From assembly GCA_947460255.1 (NCBI GenBank), contig CANHIS010000005.1, positions 6,884 to 70,883 on the forward strand: a DNA stretch of 64,000 nt. The letters run 5' to 3'. Numbering within the stretch: the stretch's first letter is position 1; every line of letters begins with the position of its first letter. Position numbers and translations under genes: made by a program. The DNA is from Bacteroidota bacterium. Its GTDB lineage: Bacteria; Bacteroidota; Bacteroidia; M30B66. Below are positions 48,281 to 58,450 of this stretch, in pieces. Under the pieces are notes generated by a model. It did no database searches and was not told where the DNA came from. It saw only the letters and a program-made list of their open reading frames with translations.

Positions 48281-49194
48281 CCAATTATTTATTCATTGGC
48301 GATCTTCACGGCCATGCCTCGGAGCTCAAAAAATTGTTGGGCAATGCTGGTTTCTTGCCCTTCGGGGAGAGCTTTCGCCATCCAAATCTTAAAGCAGCTT
48401 TTGTGGGCGACTTCATCAATAGAGGTTTCGAAAATCTTGCATGTTTGAGGATTGTTCGAGCCATGGTTGAGAGCGGAGATGCCATTGCAGTTCCAGGAAA
48501 CCATGAAGTGATTTTTCTGAATTACCACCAAAAAGATCCACGCACCAAACAGTACACAATGCCCAATCGAAATGGTTGGAACAAGCTGCTCCAGAACACC
48601 ATGCAGGAATTTGGGAATCGCCTAGAGGAGCTCGACGAAATGCTGCAATGGCTAAGGTCGTTGCCTGTTGTGGTTGAAGAGCGAGACTTCAATTTGGTAC
48701 ATGCTTGTTACGACCCCGATTCAATTGAATTGATTCGCGAACGCACCAATGGCACCTTTTCTCTTGGCGAAAAACACTGGTTAAGGATGGGGCTCGGTGA
48801 AGATCCTGCACTAACGGAAGCGCTCCATGTACTTACCTTCGGCATCAGCATTTACCTCGATACTGCACAATTATTCCCAGGTGCTAATCTAAGTTCTCAA
48901 CACGCTCCAAGAATACGGTATTGGGAAGATCCGGTGGAAAAATCACTTCAGGAAACGTTGTTCCTAGACGACGATAAACACCTTGCTGGCATCGGATTTT
49001 TAAGTTTGCCCGAATCATTTTATAGTGCTTTCAGAACCTATCAAGAATACGAAACGCCTTTGGTACACGGCCATTACTGCGTTCAAGGAGAATTGAAAAA
49101 TCTGCCTCAGAACATCATTATTGCAGACAGGGCAGTGATTAAAACGGGCATCCTGAAAGCTTGGAATCCTGAATTGGGTTGGGTTCAATCGTAA
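48277..49194 (+). CDS. PPP-family metallophosphoesterase (Ser/Thr phosphatase / ApaH-like)
   Basis: GDLHG, GDFINRG, GNHE motifs. The ATG overlaps the upstream stop (ATGA). Confidence 0.8.
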   Translation: MTNYLFIGDLHGHASELKKLLGNAGFLPFGESFRHPNLKAAFVGDFINRGFENLACLRIVRAMVESGDAIAVPGNHEVIFLNYHQKDPRTKQYTMPNRNGWNKLLQNTMQEFGNRLEELDEMLQWLRSLPVVVEERDFNLVHACYDPDSIELIRERTNGTFSLGEKHWLRMGLGEDPALTEALHVLTFGISIYLDTAQLFPGANLSSQHAPRIRYWEDPVEKSLQETLFLDDDKHLAGIGFLSLPESFYSAFRTYQEYETPLVHGHYCVQGELKNLPQNIIIADRAVIKTGILKAWNPELGWVQS

Positions 49195-49197
49195 GAC

Positions 49198-51708
49198 TTA
49201 CTGGTTCTGGATGTCGAACCACTGTCGGCGGCGGTTCAATTTCAAATCCTGTAACATGCCCGATTTTACATTGATCGAGAAGTTGTAGCTCTGCCTTATC
49301 CCGAATGGAATCCAATTGAACCGCATTTCCCAGCAATGTAAATCGCGGTAAATATCGATACTAGGGAAGGTAAATTCTTTTTCTACAAAATTATAGCCCG
49401 ACATGAATGCCACTTTCCATTTCTCAGTAATCGATATGTCGCCGTTAAAATTGAGGATGATACTTTGAGTTTCCTTATTGTTAGAGAAATTGCGGCTTAC
49501 GATTAATCCTGCATTCAAATTCCAAGGCACATTAAAATCTATGTATGCATTGGGATTTCTACGAATTTCATCTGCTTGTGCTGACTTATCGTCAGCCTTT
49601 GGCGTTCCTTTTGGTGAACCTGAGGCCAAATTTGCGTTGATGGCCAAACTTGTGTTTATTGGCCTCAATAGCCGGCCTGTTTCGTAGTACTCAAAGCGAT
49701 TAACCCTACGTTTCGATGTGGTATCGAAAGTGTAGAAATCATAACTCGAATTAAAAACCAAATCGATTTTCTTGGTTAATCTGGTTCGGGCATTGAATGC
49801 TAAATTCTGCCAATTCAATGAATCTGCAGCCAAGTTGTATCCTGTATTGATGTTAAAGACTTCAAGAAGCACCAACTTTCTTAACCCTGTTCCAGTGGTA
49901 TCGCGTTTCGATCTCACTTTTGCTTCAAGGTTATTGTTCAACCCAATGCTCACCGTTCCTTGGCGACCAATTGAGGGTTGTCCATAAATGGCTTGTTCGT
50001 ATGGAGAATAAGAATCAATCGTTCCATCGGCGCCATAAAATCCATACACTTGCGTGCTAAAGTCGGGTTGTGCTCTGAAGGAAACTTGTGGCGTAACAAC
50101 GTGCCTGATTGTGTTTTTCCCCAACTTCAAAAATGAATACACACGTGTACTAACGCTCACCGAAGCATTGTATTCCCACAGCTGACTAAACTTTCTAATT
50201 GTATCTGTCACAACAGCCTGCGAGTCAACATCGAAACGTTTGTCGATATTGCTAAAATAACCACGACCCGTAACATTTATCGACGGTGTAACAGTAAAGT
50301 ACTTAAACACTTGAAATGAGGTGGCAATTGGTAATTGAAACTGCACGCCATTGTTGAATTTTCGGGCCAAGCCCGGACGAGAGTATATCGAATCAGGTTG
50401 AGAAATGGTGTTTCTGCTTTGCAACGTACCAGTAATCCCGATCTTTTCATAAAAGCGTTGCTTTCCCACTGGATTCCTTCTCTTGAAAGGGTAAATCCGA
50501 TTCATGTTTAACTGAAGTTCCGGTGCAGTAACTGTAATGATACGGTTCTGCGTATTCTGACTGTGGCCAGCAGAAACATTCAAGTTTAGCGGTAAACGAC
50601 TAAAGGTTTTCGTCCATGTAATTGCCGATTGAAATGTATTGGCAACAATGTTATTGGTATTAAAGGAGTTCAATTGGTTATAGTCGGAAGAACCTGCGTT
50701 TACATTGGCCGAAAATCTTGAGTTGGGCCGAGATTTAGGATCTTGGTTGTGTCGCCAAGTGATGAAAAAACTCTTGTTGATGGAAGAACCCAACAATTCT
50801 GGATCTCCTTGTAAAATGGTCGCATACCGAAGATCAAGACCACCGTTAAATTTATAACGATAGTTGTAATTCAGGCCACTTTTCAATCCCCAACTTCCAC
50901 GGGAATAAATATCGCCTCTGATGGAAGCATCGAAATGGTCGTTGATTCCGAAGTAGTAGCCACCATCCGTAAGGAAAAACCCTAATCCAGGAGATTCACC
51001 ATAGGCAGGAAACATGATTCCAGATTTTCGTCCGGTTGTATTTGGGAAAATCCCGAAAGGCACAACAAGTGGTGTGGGGATTTCCTCGATCACCAAATTG
51101 GCTGGTCCGGTTACAATCTTGTTGTCGGGAATTACCTTGATTTTTGAGGCATTGATGTAAAAGTGCGGATGTTCGGGTAAGTTACACGTGGTAAACTTTC
51201 CATTCTTCACATAAAACTCATCCAACTCGTTTTTTTTCACGCTTTCGCCCAATAAAAATCCATCCCCTTGCGTGGTATACACCTCAGCGATTTTGCCTTT
51301 CTTGGTTTTGAAATTATAGTCCATTCGAGAGGCCTTAAAATTCTGCGATCCTTCAGAAAACTCGGGTTTCCCAATGATTTTACCTGTTGAATCTGGTCGC
51401 CCTTCGGCATGAATGATATTGGTTTCCCAGTTGATTTCGATGTAATCGGCTCGGAGGTGGATTTTGTCGTACTTTACATCTGCTTCTCCGTAGAGGTAAA
51501 TCTTCTTTTCTTCAAGGTCGAACCGCATCGAATCGGTTGCTGAATAAATCACATCACTATCAAGGGCATCGGGCGAAGCTGGCAATCCAGTTTTTAAACT
51601 GTCTCGACGTGAGGAGTCGGCGGCAGATTCTTCGGAATTCTGGGCCTGAAGGTCTGATACAAAGACCCACAATAATGTGAATAAAACTGTTGTTAAGTGT
51701 TTTAACAC
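49198..51708 (-). CDS. lptD: putative LPS-assembly protein LptD (OstA-like N-domain + large beta-barrel)
   Basis: 836 aa with a signal peptide, an OstA-like beta-jellyroll N-terminus (YLYGEADVKYDKIHLRADYIEINWETNIIHAEG), and a long beta-strand-rich C-terminus. GTG start. Confidence 0.65.
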   Translation of the reverse strand: MLKHLTTVLFTLLWVFVSDLQAQNSEESAADSSRRDSLKTGLPASPDALDSDVIYSATDSMRFDLEEKKIYLYGEADVKYDKIHLRADYIEINWETNIIHAEGRPDSTGKIIGKPEFSEGSQNFKASRMDYNFKTKKGKIAEVYTTQGDGFLLGESVKKNELDEFYVKNGKFTTCNLPEHPHFYINASKIKVIPDNKIVTGPANLVIEEIPTPLVVPFGIFPNTTGRKSGIMFPAYGESPGLGFFLTDGGYYFGINDHFDASIRGDIYSRGSWGLKSGLNYNYRYKFNGGLDLRYATILQGDPELLGSSINKSFFITWRHNQDPKSRPNSRFSANVNAGSSDYNQLNSFNTNNIVANTFQSAITWTKTFSRLPLNLNVSAGHSQNTQNRIITVTAPELQLNMNRIYPFKRRNPVGKQRFYEKIGITGTLQSRNTISQPDSIYSRPGLARKFNNGVQFQLPIATSFQVFKYFTVTPSINVTGRGYFSNIDKRFDVDSQAVVTDTIRKFSQLWEYNASVSVSTRVYSFLKLGKNTIRHVVTPQVSFRAQPDFSTQVYGFYGADGTIDSYSPYEQAIYGQPSIGRQGTVSIGLNNNLEAKVRSKRDTTGTGLRKLVLLEVFNINTGYNLAADSLNWQNLAFNARTRLTKKIDLVFNSSYDFYTFDTTSKRRVNRFEYYETGRLLRPINTSLAINANLASGSPKGTPKADDKSAQADEIRRNPNAYIDFNVPWNLNAGLIVSRNFSNNKETQSIILNFNGDISITEKWKVAFMSGYNFVEKEFTFPSIDIYRDLHCWEMRFNWIPFGIRQSYNFSINVKSGMLQDLKLNRRRQWFDIQNQ

Positions 51709-51815
51709 CTACTAGAAACTCAAGTGGACCCGGATTTAGTTTTGTAAAGCCGTGGTAGAAACGGGTGCAAATCTAATTTATTTCATCGGCTGGATAAGTC
51801 AAGAACTTAATAATA

Positions 51816-53042
51816 ATGCTTAAACGCCTGAATAACAGACTAATGATTGCCGGCTTCATGAGCATTCTCACAGCAATATTCCTGTTGAGTATGTGGCCAT
51901 TGGAGGCCTCAACGGGCGCCGAAAGTCGCGAAAAAAAGGTGCGCACCGTGGTGATCGATCCGGGACATGGAGGACATGACAGTGGCTGCCACGGTTCATC
52001 GGCCTACGAAAAACATGTTGCACTTTCTGTTTCATTGAAGCTGGGAAAACTCATCGAACAGCATTTTCCTGATGTGAAAGTGATCTTCACGCGTAAAACT
52101 GATGTGTTTGTAGAACTCTTCCGCCGCGCGCAAATTGCAAATGAAAACAAGGCCGATTTGTTTATTTGCATCCATTGTAATAGTGGGCCCAAAGCGGCAT
52201 TTGGTGCAGAAACTTTTGTGATGGGTTTGCATAAAACCGACGATAACCTGAGTGTGGCACGCCGAGAAAATGCTGTAATCCTTCAGGAGGATAATTACGA
52301 AAAGCGATACGATGGTTTCGATCCAAACTCGCCCGAAGCGCACATTATTTTCTCGCTTTACCAAAATGCATATTTGTATCAAAGCTTGTTCTTTGCTGAG
52401 AAGCTACAGCATGAGTTTAAATACACAGCTAAAAGACATAACCGCGGTGTGAAACAAGCTGGATTCCTCGTGTTGTATAGAACCACGATGCCATCGGTAC
52501 TCATCGAAACAGGCTTCCTTACCAATGCCGATGAAGAGAAATATCTCAAATCGGCTGAAGGCCAAAACAAAATGGCGTTCTCGATTTTGAAAGCTTTCCA
52601 ACAGTACAAATCTTGGGTTGATGACTCGAACGATACCCGAAATCTTTCGGAAGGATCTGATAAAGAGAGCGAAGCAACAGGCAAAGAAGAGAAGCCGAAA
52701 GATCCAGAGAAACCAGCAGATCTTCCGGTGTATCAAAAACCTGATAACCCATCAACACCAAAAGAGGATACTGAAAACAGCAATCGGGTGGCTTACCGGG
52801 TACAGATTCACAACTCTCCGAAAAAATTATCGCTCAAATCTTCTGTATTCAAAGGAAGAGAGGATGTTTGGGAGTACGAACAAAACAAATCCTTTAAATA
52901 TACCGTCGGGAAGTTTGATAAACTTGAAGATGCCACTAAATTGCAGGCTGAAATGAAAAAAGCAGGATTTGCAGATGCGTTTGTAGTAGCCTTTAAAAAC
53001 AACCAACGAATTACACTTCAGGAGGCCAAAGCTTCCCAATAA
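51816..53042 (+). CDS. N-acetylmuramoyl-L-alanine amidase (Amidase_3) with C-terminal SPOR domain
   Basis: VVIDPGHGGHDSG amidase_3 motif and a C-terminal SPOR-like ~80 aa (RVQIHNSPKKLS…VGKFDKLEDATKLQAEMKKAGFADAFVVAF). Confidence 0.9.
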   Translation: MLKRLNNRLMIAGFMSILTAIFLLSMWPLEASTGAESREKKVRTVVIDPGHGGHDSGCHGSSAYEKHVALSVSLKLGKLIEQHFPDVKVIFTRKTDVFVELFRRAQIANENKADLFICIHCNSGPKAAFGAETFVMGLHKTDDNLSVARRENAVILQEDNYEKRYDGFDPNSPEAHIIFSLYQNAYLYQSLFFAEKLQHEFKYTAKRHNRGVKQAGFLVLYRTTMPSVLIETGFLTNADEEKYLKSAEGQNKMAFSILKAFQQYKSWVDDSNDTRNLSEGSDKESEATGKEEKPKDPEKPADLPVYQKPDNPSTPKEDTENSNRVAYRVQIHNSPKKLSLKSSVFKGREDVWEYEQNKSFKYTVGKFDKLEDATKLQAEMKKAGFADAFVVAFKNNQRITLQEAKASQ

Positions 53043-53052
53043 CCTAACACAC

Positions 53053-54039
53053 TTGGAAACCATCAAAACAAAAATATCTAAAGAAGCCCGAGTTGGAATT
53101 GTAGTTACTCTTGGGCTACTCATTTTCTACATCGGTTACAATTACCTCAAAGGCAAAAACATCTTTTCTCAATCGAGAACTTTTTACGCAGTGTTCGATA
53201 ATGTGGATCAACTCATGCCTTCTGCGTCGGTGCAGCTAAATGGCTTTCAAGTAGGTGTTGTCGACAAGATTTATTTTGCGCCAAATTCATATCGTGTAGT
53301 TGTAAAACTTGTACTCACAGAAAAAAACGTAATTCTTCCAAAAGATTCTGAGGCCCACATCATGAGCGATCTTTTGGGAACGAGAACTTTGCAGCTCACT
53401 TTAGGAAAATCTCAAACCCTTGCAGAATCTGGCGACACTCTCATTGCAGTGCGCGAAATGGGCATCACCGACGAGATCAAAAACGCCATTCTTCCTATCA
53501 AAAAACAAGTAGAAAGCCTCGCTGGTTCTATCGATACAGTGCTGCACGGTTTTAACAACGTATTTAACCGCAAAACACAAGACGGCTTAGCCAATAGCTT
53601 CGAGAGCATGAACAATTCGGTGCTTAAGCTTGAACACGCCATCACCCAAGCGGATTTGTTGATCACCAGCGAACGCGAAAAATTGGGAGCCATTTTCGGC
53701 AACGTGAAATCCATCACCGAAAACCTCAAAAACAACAACGATAAGCTCACAGGCATCTTCACCAACCTCGACAAAATCACCGATGATGTGGCGAAAAGCA
53801 ATGTGAAACAAACCATGACCGATCTTCAACAGGCTGTAGGGCACCTAAACAATGTGCTTGGTGGGATCGAAAAAGGAGAAGGCTCGCTAGGGCAATTGGC
53901 CAAAAATGATTCCTTATACAAAAACCTCGAAACAAGTACCAACAGCTTAAACTTGCTGCTGGAAGATTTGAGGCTACATCCAAAGCGCTACATCCACTTT
54001 TCGGTTTTTGGAAGAAAAGACAAATCCGATAAAAAATAA
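53053..54039 (+). CDS. MlaD/MCE family protein
   Basis: N-terminal TM helix, an MCE domain, and a C-terminal coiled coil. TTG start. Confidence 0.85.
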   Translation: METIKTKISKEARVGIVVTLGLLIFYIGYNYLKGKNIFSQSRTFYAVFDNVDQLMPSASVQLNGFQVGVVDKIYFAPNSYRVVVKLVLTEKNVILPKDSEAHIMSDLLGTRTLQLTLGKSQTLAESGDTLIAVREMGITDEIKNAILPIKKQVESLAGSIDTVLHGFNNVFNRKTQDGLANSFESMNNSVLKLEHAITQADLLITSEREKLGAIFGNVKSITENLKNNNDKLTGIFTNLDKITDDVAKSNVKQTMTDLQQAVGHLNNVLGGIEKGEGSLGQLAKNDSLYKNLETSTNSLNLLLEDLRLHPKRYIHFSVFGRKDKSDKK

Positions 54040-54098
54040 TTCTTAGCGCATCAAAACACCCTTCTCATATATTTGTTGAGCTATAAACCACGGATCGT

Positions 54099-55430
54099 AT
54101 GCACCACACAGGCATCCTGTTGTCAATTCTTCCGAACATTATCTTCACGCTGATCTTCCTTGCAGGCATCTCCCTGTTCATGATCAACGTTCGCAAGATC
54201 ATTCGCAACATTAAACTCGGCAAAGACCTCAACCGAAACGACAATCCAGCTGAACGTTGGAAACTCATGGTTCGTGTTGCGCTTGGGCAATCGAAAATGA
54301 TGGTTCGCCCGATTCCGGGGATATTGCATCTCTTTGTATATGTAGGTTTTGTAATCATCAACATCGAGATTGTTGAGATCATCCTTGATGGCATCCTCGG
54401 CACACACAGGTTGTTTGCTCCATTTTTAGGTGGCTTCTACGATTTCTTGATCGCCTCCTTCGAAATTCTCGCCTTCCTCGTATTGGTGGGCGTTGTAGCA
54501 TTTTACATCCGTCGAAACGTCATCTATATCAAGCGTTTCCGCCAAGACGACCTCAAAGGCTTCCCGAAAAACGACGCCAACATCATCTTAATTACCGAAG
54601 TCCTTTTGATGGGCGCATTCCTTACCATGAACGCCGCCGATCAAGTGCTAGTTGCCAAGAGTGCAGCACATTACGGAGATTATGGTGCATATCCGATTTC
54701 AGGATTGATCACAGGTTGGTTCGAAGGCTGGTCGGTGGAGAGTTTAGTGATCTATGAGCGCTTTGCTTGGTGGTTCCACATCATCGGCATTCTTGCCTTT
54801 ATGAACTATCTGCCATACTCAAAGCACTTGCATATTGCTATGGCGTTTCCAAATGTCTGGTACTCGAAACTCAAGCCTAAAGGCGAACTGCCCAACATGG
54901 AAGCCGTTACGCGCGAGGTGAAACTCATGCTCGATCCTTCAGCGCCAATGGAAGAAGCTGCAGGTCCAGTAAAATTCGGTGCAAAAGACATCCAAGATCT
55001 GAGTTGGAAAAACCTGATGGATGCTTACTCTTGCACAGAGTGCGGAAGATGCACTTCCGAATGTCCAGCCAACATCACGGGCAAATTGCTAAGTCCACGG
55101 GCGATCATGATGAAAACCCGCGACCGCATGGAAGAAGTGGGTAAAAACATTGATGCCAACAAAGGCACTTTCATGGATGACGGAAAATCGTTGCTGCATA
55201 GCTATATCACTCCGGAAGAACTTTGGGCATGCACCACTTGTAACGCCTGTGTTGAAGCATGTCCTGTAAATATTGATCCTGTCGACATTATTGTTAACCT
55301 GCGCCAACAATTGGTAATGGAAGAAAGCGCTCCTCCAGCATCATTGGCAGGAATGTTCACCAACATGGAAAACAACGGTGCGCCATGGCAATTCTCACCT
55401 AGCGATCGCGCTAATTGGAGAGAAGAATAA
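54099..55430 (+). CDS. membrane-anchored (Fe-S)-binding oxidoreductase: NarI/HdrE-like helical domain fused to 2x[4Fe-4S] ferredoxin domain
   Basis: ~5 N-terminal TM helices with conserved His (HLFVYVGF; HIIGILAFMNYLPYSKHLH), then CTECGRCTSECP and CTTCNACVEACP motifs. Confidence 0.75.
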   Translation: MHHTGILLSILPNIIFTLIFLAGISLFMINVRKIIRNIKLGKDLNRNDNPAERWKLMVRVALGQSKMMVRPIPGILHLFVYVGFVIINIEIVEIILDGILGTHRLFAPFLGGFYDFLIASFEILAFLVLVGVVAFYIRRNVIYIKRFRQDDLKGFPKNDANIILITEVLLMGAFLTMNAADQVLVAKSAAHYGDYGAYPISGLITGWFEGWSVESLVIYERFAWWFHIIGILAFMNYLPYSKHLHIAMAFPNVWYSKLKPKGELPNMEAVTREVKLMLDPSAPMEEAAGPVKFGAKDIQDLSWKNLMDAYSCTECGRCTSECPANITGKLLSPRAIMMKTRDRMEEVGKNIDANKGTFMDDGKSLLHSYITPEELWACTTCNACVEACPVNIDPVDIIVNLRQQLVMEESAPPASLAGMFTNMENNGAPWQFSPSDRANWREE

Positions 55431-55464
55431 TTGAATCTAAACAGCATTTAATTCCAGCTTCAAG

Positions 55465-56250
55465 ATGGAACTCAAGGTTAAAACAGTTGCAGAATACATC
55501 AATGCAGGCGATACGCCAGAAATTCTTTTTTGGGTGGGATGTGCCGGTAGTTTCGACGATCGCGCCAAAAAAGTAACCAAGGCAGTTGCGAAAATCCTAC
55601 AAGCCGCAGAGGTGAAATTCGCCATCCTCGGACAAGAAGAAAGTTGCACCGGCGACCCAGCTAAACGTGCAGGAAACGAGTTTCTATTCCAGATGCAAGC
55701 CATGCAAAACATCATGGTACTGAATGGCTATGAGATCAAAAAAATCGTTACCGCTTGTCCGCACTGTTTCAACACCTTAAAAAACGAATATCCATCATTG
55801 GGCGGGAATTACGAGGTGATTCACCATTCTCAACTCATCGAGCAACTTTTGAAAGAAGGCAGATTACAGGTTGAAGGAGGTCAATTCAAAGGAAAAAAAA
55901 TCACCTTCCATGATCCTTGTTATTTAGGACGTGCGAACAATGTATATGAAGCTCCGCGAGATGTTTTGTCGAAACTTGATGCAGAATTGGTAGAGATGAA
56001 ACGCTGTCGCACCAAAGGTTTGTGCTGTGGTGCAGGAGGAGCGCAGATGTTCAAAGAAGCAGAACAGGGCAGCAAGGAAGTAAACGTTGAAAGATCGGAG
56101 GAGGCACTAAGTGTTAAACCTGATTTTATTGCAGTAGGATGCCCTTTCTGTAACACTATGATGACAGATGGCGTTAAACTAGCCGAAAAAGAGGACCAAG
56201 TGAAGGTACTCGACATCGCCGAACTTATTGCACAAGCTGCCGATTTGTAA
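55465..56250 (+). CDS. (Fe-S)-binding protein with two CCG-type cysteine-rich domains (HdrD/GlpC C-terminal-like)
   Basis: CPHCFNT… and …CCGAGG…CPFCNT cysteine patterns give two CCG domains. Confidence 0.75.
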   Translation: MELKVKTVAEYINAGDTPEILFWVGCAGSFDDRAKKVTKAVAKILQAAEVKFAILGQEESCTGDPAKRAGNEFLFQMQAMQNIMVLNGYEIKKIVTACPHCFNTLKNEYPSLGGNYEVIHHSQLIEQLLKEGRLQVEGGQFKGKKITFHDPCYLGRANNVYEAPRDVLSKLDAELVEMKRCRTKGLCCGAGGAQMFKEAEQGSKEVNVERSEEALSVKPDFIAVGCPFCNTMMTDGVKLAEKEDQVKVLDIAELIAQAADL

Positions 56251-56762
56251 TGAAAGCAAAAATACTCGCCCAAATAGCCAAGATTGGCCCAAACGATAGC
56301 ATCTGGATTTACCAGAGCAACCGCGTTCTCAATGATCAAGAAGCACAATCACTGCTCGATTCGGGAGCTGAATTTGCAGCCAATTGGAGCACACACGGAA
56401 AATCGCTTGAAGCTTCAGTTTTGTTGGTAGAAAAGCTGTTTGTAATCATCCGAGTGGATAAAAATCACTTGGCGGCATCAGGTTGTTCGATCGACAAATC
56501 GGTGAAATGGGTAAAAGACACCGAAGAAGCTTTGGGCATTACTTTACTCGACAGACTTCAAGTGGCTTGGATAGAAAATGGAGATCAATTGAAATACGGA
56601 AAACCAACCGAATTTGAAGCTTCTGTGAAGGCAGGAAATGCTCATGCAGGCACAATGATTTTCAACAATACAGTAACTTCTGGATTAACCATGCTCACCC
56701 AATGGATGATTCCTGCGAGCCAATCTTGGTTGAGCAGATTTACACAGAAAACAACTATTTGA
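56250..56762 (+). CDS. conserved hypothetical protein (170 aa)
   Basis: Open frame overlapping the upstream stop (TAATG). No recognisable motif. Confidence 0.4.
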   Translation: MKAKILAQIAKIGPNDSIWIYQSNRVLNDQEAQSLLDSGAEFAANWSTHGKSLEASVLLVEKLFVIIRVDKNHLAASGCSIDKSVKWVKDTEEALGITLLDRLQVAWIENGDQLKYGKPTEFEASVKAGNAHAGTMIFNNTVTSGLTMLTQWMIPASQSWLSRFTQKTTI

Positions 56763-56805
56763 AAAACTTTTTCATTTTACTGTTGCATAGTTATTTTCTA
56801 ATCCC

Positions 56806-56813
56806 TATTTTTG
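56806..56813 (+). promoter_or_regulatory. candidate -7 promoter element TATTTTTG (TAnnTTTG) 21 nt upstream of rpmE
   Basis: Exact consensus match. Confidence 0.3.
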
Positions 56814-56833
56814 CCGTCCCTTTTTAAGAAGTC

Positions 56834-57097
56834 ATGAAACAAGATCTTCATCCATCGAATTACCGTCTAGTAGTATTCAAAGACATGTCTGACGAAACTA
56901 CAATCCTTACCAAATCGTGCATCGACTCGAAAGAAACAATCATTTGGGAAGATGGTAATGAATATCCAGTAGCCAAATTAGAGATCTCTGCATCTTCACA
57001 TCCATTCTACACCGGTAAGGTGAAATTGGTAGATACTGCTGGTCGTGTTGATAAATTCCGTACACGTTACAAGAGCCACCAAAGCAAAATTCAATAA
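56834..57097 (+). CDS. rpmE: 50S ribosomal protein L31, type B (non-zinc)
   Basis: 87 aa reading [17 protein letters not shown]…HPFYTGK…, with a single Cys and no CxxC pair. Confidence 0.9.
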   Translation: MKQDLHPSNYRLVVFKDMSDETTILTKSCIDSKETIIWEDGNEYPVAKLEISASSHPFYTGKVKLVDTAGRVDKFRTRYKSHQSKIQ

Positions 57098-57118
57098 GAA
57101 TTTTCAGCTTTCTAGTAT

Positions 57119-57153
57119 AGAGCCCTTCCCAACCGAAGGGCTTTTTTATTTTT
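57119..57153 (+). terminator. intrinsic terminator downstream of rpmE
   Basis: Stem AGCCCTTC (57121-28), loop CCAACC, stem GAAGGGCT (57135-42), then TTTTTTATTTTT. Confidence 0.7.
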
Positions 57154-57160
57154 GTTCCCT

Positions 57161-58327
57161 ATGAATCTGATCCTGTTCGACGACAATCGCCGCAATCATC
57201 TACTTCCATTCACTTACACGCGCCCAGTAGCCGATCTAAGGATTGGTATACTAACGATCAAAGAAAAGTGGGAAAAGCTGAGTGGTGAAAAAGCTTCTTT
57301 TCTCACACAAGACTATCTGCAAACAAAGTTTCCCCTTCACAAAGAAGCAACGAACTTGCTGATTGCAGGAAGCATACTGCCCGACAACGACCTTTTTCAA
57401 GCCATCCGAAACCTGAAAGCTGGAGAAATGCTGATTTCTGGCGACACGCCCATTGCTGCATTCGACGCTTCGGGAAGCCTTTCAATACATCCATCCAACT
57501 ACCAAACAGTATCATACAGCGCGAAATTCCATCAGATCAAAAACACGTGGGATATTTTTTCCCTCAATGGTGGGGCCTTAGAATGGGATTTTAACATCCT
57601 CACTTCAGGTCGTAAGAGCGCTCCAATCCCCGAAGGAAATACCGTTTTAGGCAATCGAATCTTCCTTGAAGATGGCGCTAAAGTGAGTTGCTCAATCTTA
57701 AACAGCACCACCGGTCCAATTTACATTGGCAAAAATGCTGAAGTTTGGGAAGGCTCTATCATCCGCGGAGCGTTTGCCCTTTGCGAAGAAGCAGCAGTGA
57801 AACTGGGCGCGAAAATTTATGGCGCCACCACTATTGGTCCGCATTCTCGCGTAGGTGGAGAAATTAGCAATTGTGTCATTCAAGGCTATTCCAACAAGGG
57901 CCATGATGGCTTTTTAGGCAACTCTGTGCTTGGCGAATGGTGCAATCTTGGCGCCGATACCAACAATTCGAACCTGAAGAACAACTATGCTTCGGTGAAA
58001 CTTTGGAACTATGCCGAACAACAAATGGTAAACACCGGCCTGCAGTTCTGCGGGTTGATGATGGGCGACCATAGCAAATGCGGTATCAATACCATGTTCA
58101 ACACCGGAACTGTCGTGGGCGTTAGCGCTAACATATACGGCGCAGGTTTCCCTCCAAACTTTATCCCTTCGTTTAGCTGGGGTGGCGCTGGTGCAATAAC
58201 CGAATACCGTTTCGACCAAGCCGCCGACACAGCAAATCGGATGATGGAGCGCCGACACATGGATTTCGACGAAACCGAAAGAAAAATCCTGCAACACATT
58301 TTCGATAGTACTTCTGGAGAACGGTAG
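57161..58327 (+). CDS. GlmU-related sugar-phosphate nucleotidyltransferase/acyltransferase-like protein with left-handed beta-helix
   Basis: C-terminal hexapeptide-repeat (LbH) region (…IGPHSRVGGEISNCVIQGYSNKGHDGFLGNSVLGEWCNLGADTN…). The N-terminal alpha/beta region has weak nucleotidyltransferase similarity. The track start is a TTG (57152). The ATG is at 57161. Confidence 0.6.
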   Translation: MNLILFDDNRRNHLLPFTYTRPVADLRIGILTIKEKWEKLSGEKASFLTQDYLQTKFPLHKEATNLLIAGSILPDNDLFQAIRNLKAGEMLISGDTPIAAFDASGSLSIHPSNYQTVSYSAKFHQIKNTWDIFSLNGGALEWDFNILTSGRKSAPIPEGNTVLGNRIFLEDGAKVSCSILNSTTGPIYIGKNAEVWEGSIIRGAFALCEEAAVKLGAKIYGATTIGPHSRVGGEISNCVIQGYSNKGHDGFLGNSVLGEWCNLGADTNNSNLKNNYASVKLWNYAEQQMVNTGLQFCGLMMGDHSKCGINTMFNTGTVVGVSANIYGAGFPPNFIPSFSWGGAGAITEYRFDQAADTANRMMERRHMDFDETERKILQHIFDSTSGER

Positions 58328-58450
58328 ATTTTCAGGGATTATCTGACTTTATTTCGCTTTCTTTCTGCTGGCATATCGATTGACTGATAGGCTTAGCGTT
58401 GGATTTTGTCGTGCATATACGGCATCAACTGACTTTCTGACAGCATTCTT

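Noticed and set aside
52004-53123. Cluster of 60-116 aa minus-strand ORFs within the amidase gene
   Set aside because: They are nested in the confidently assigned amidase/SPOR gene. They have no motif content and overlap one another in different frames.
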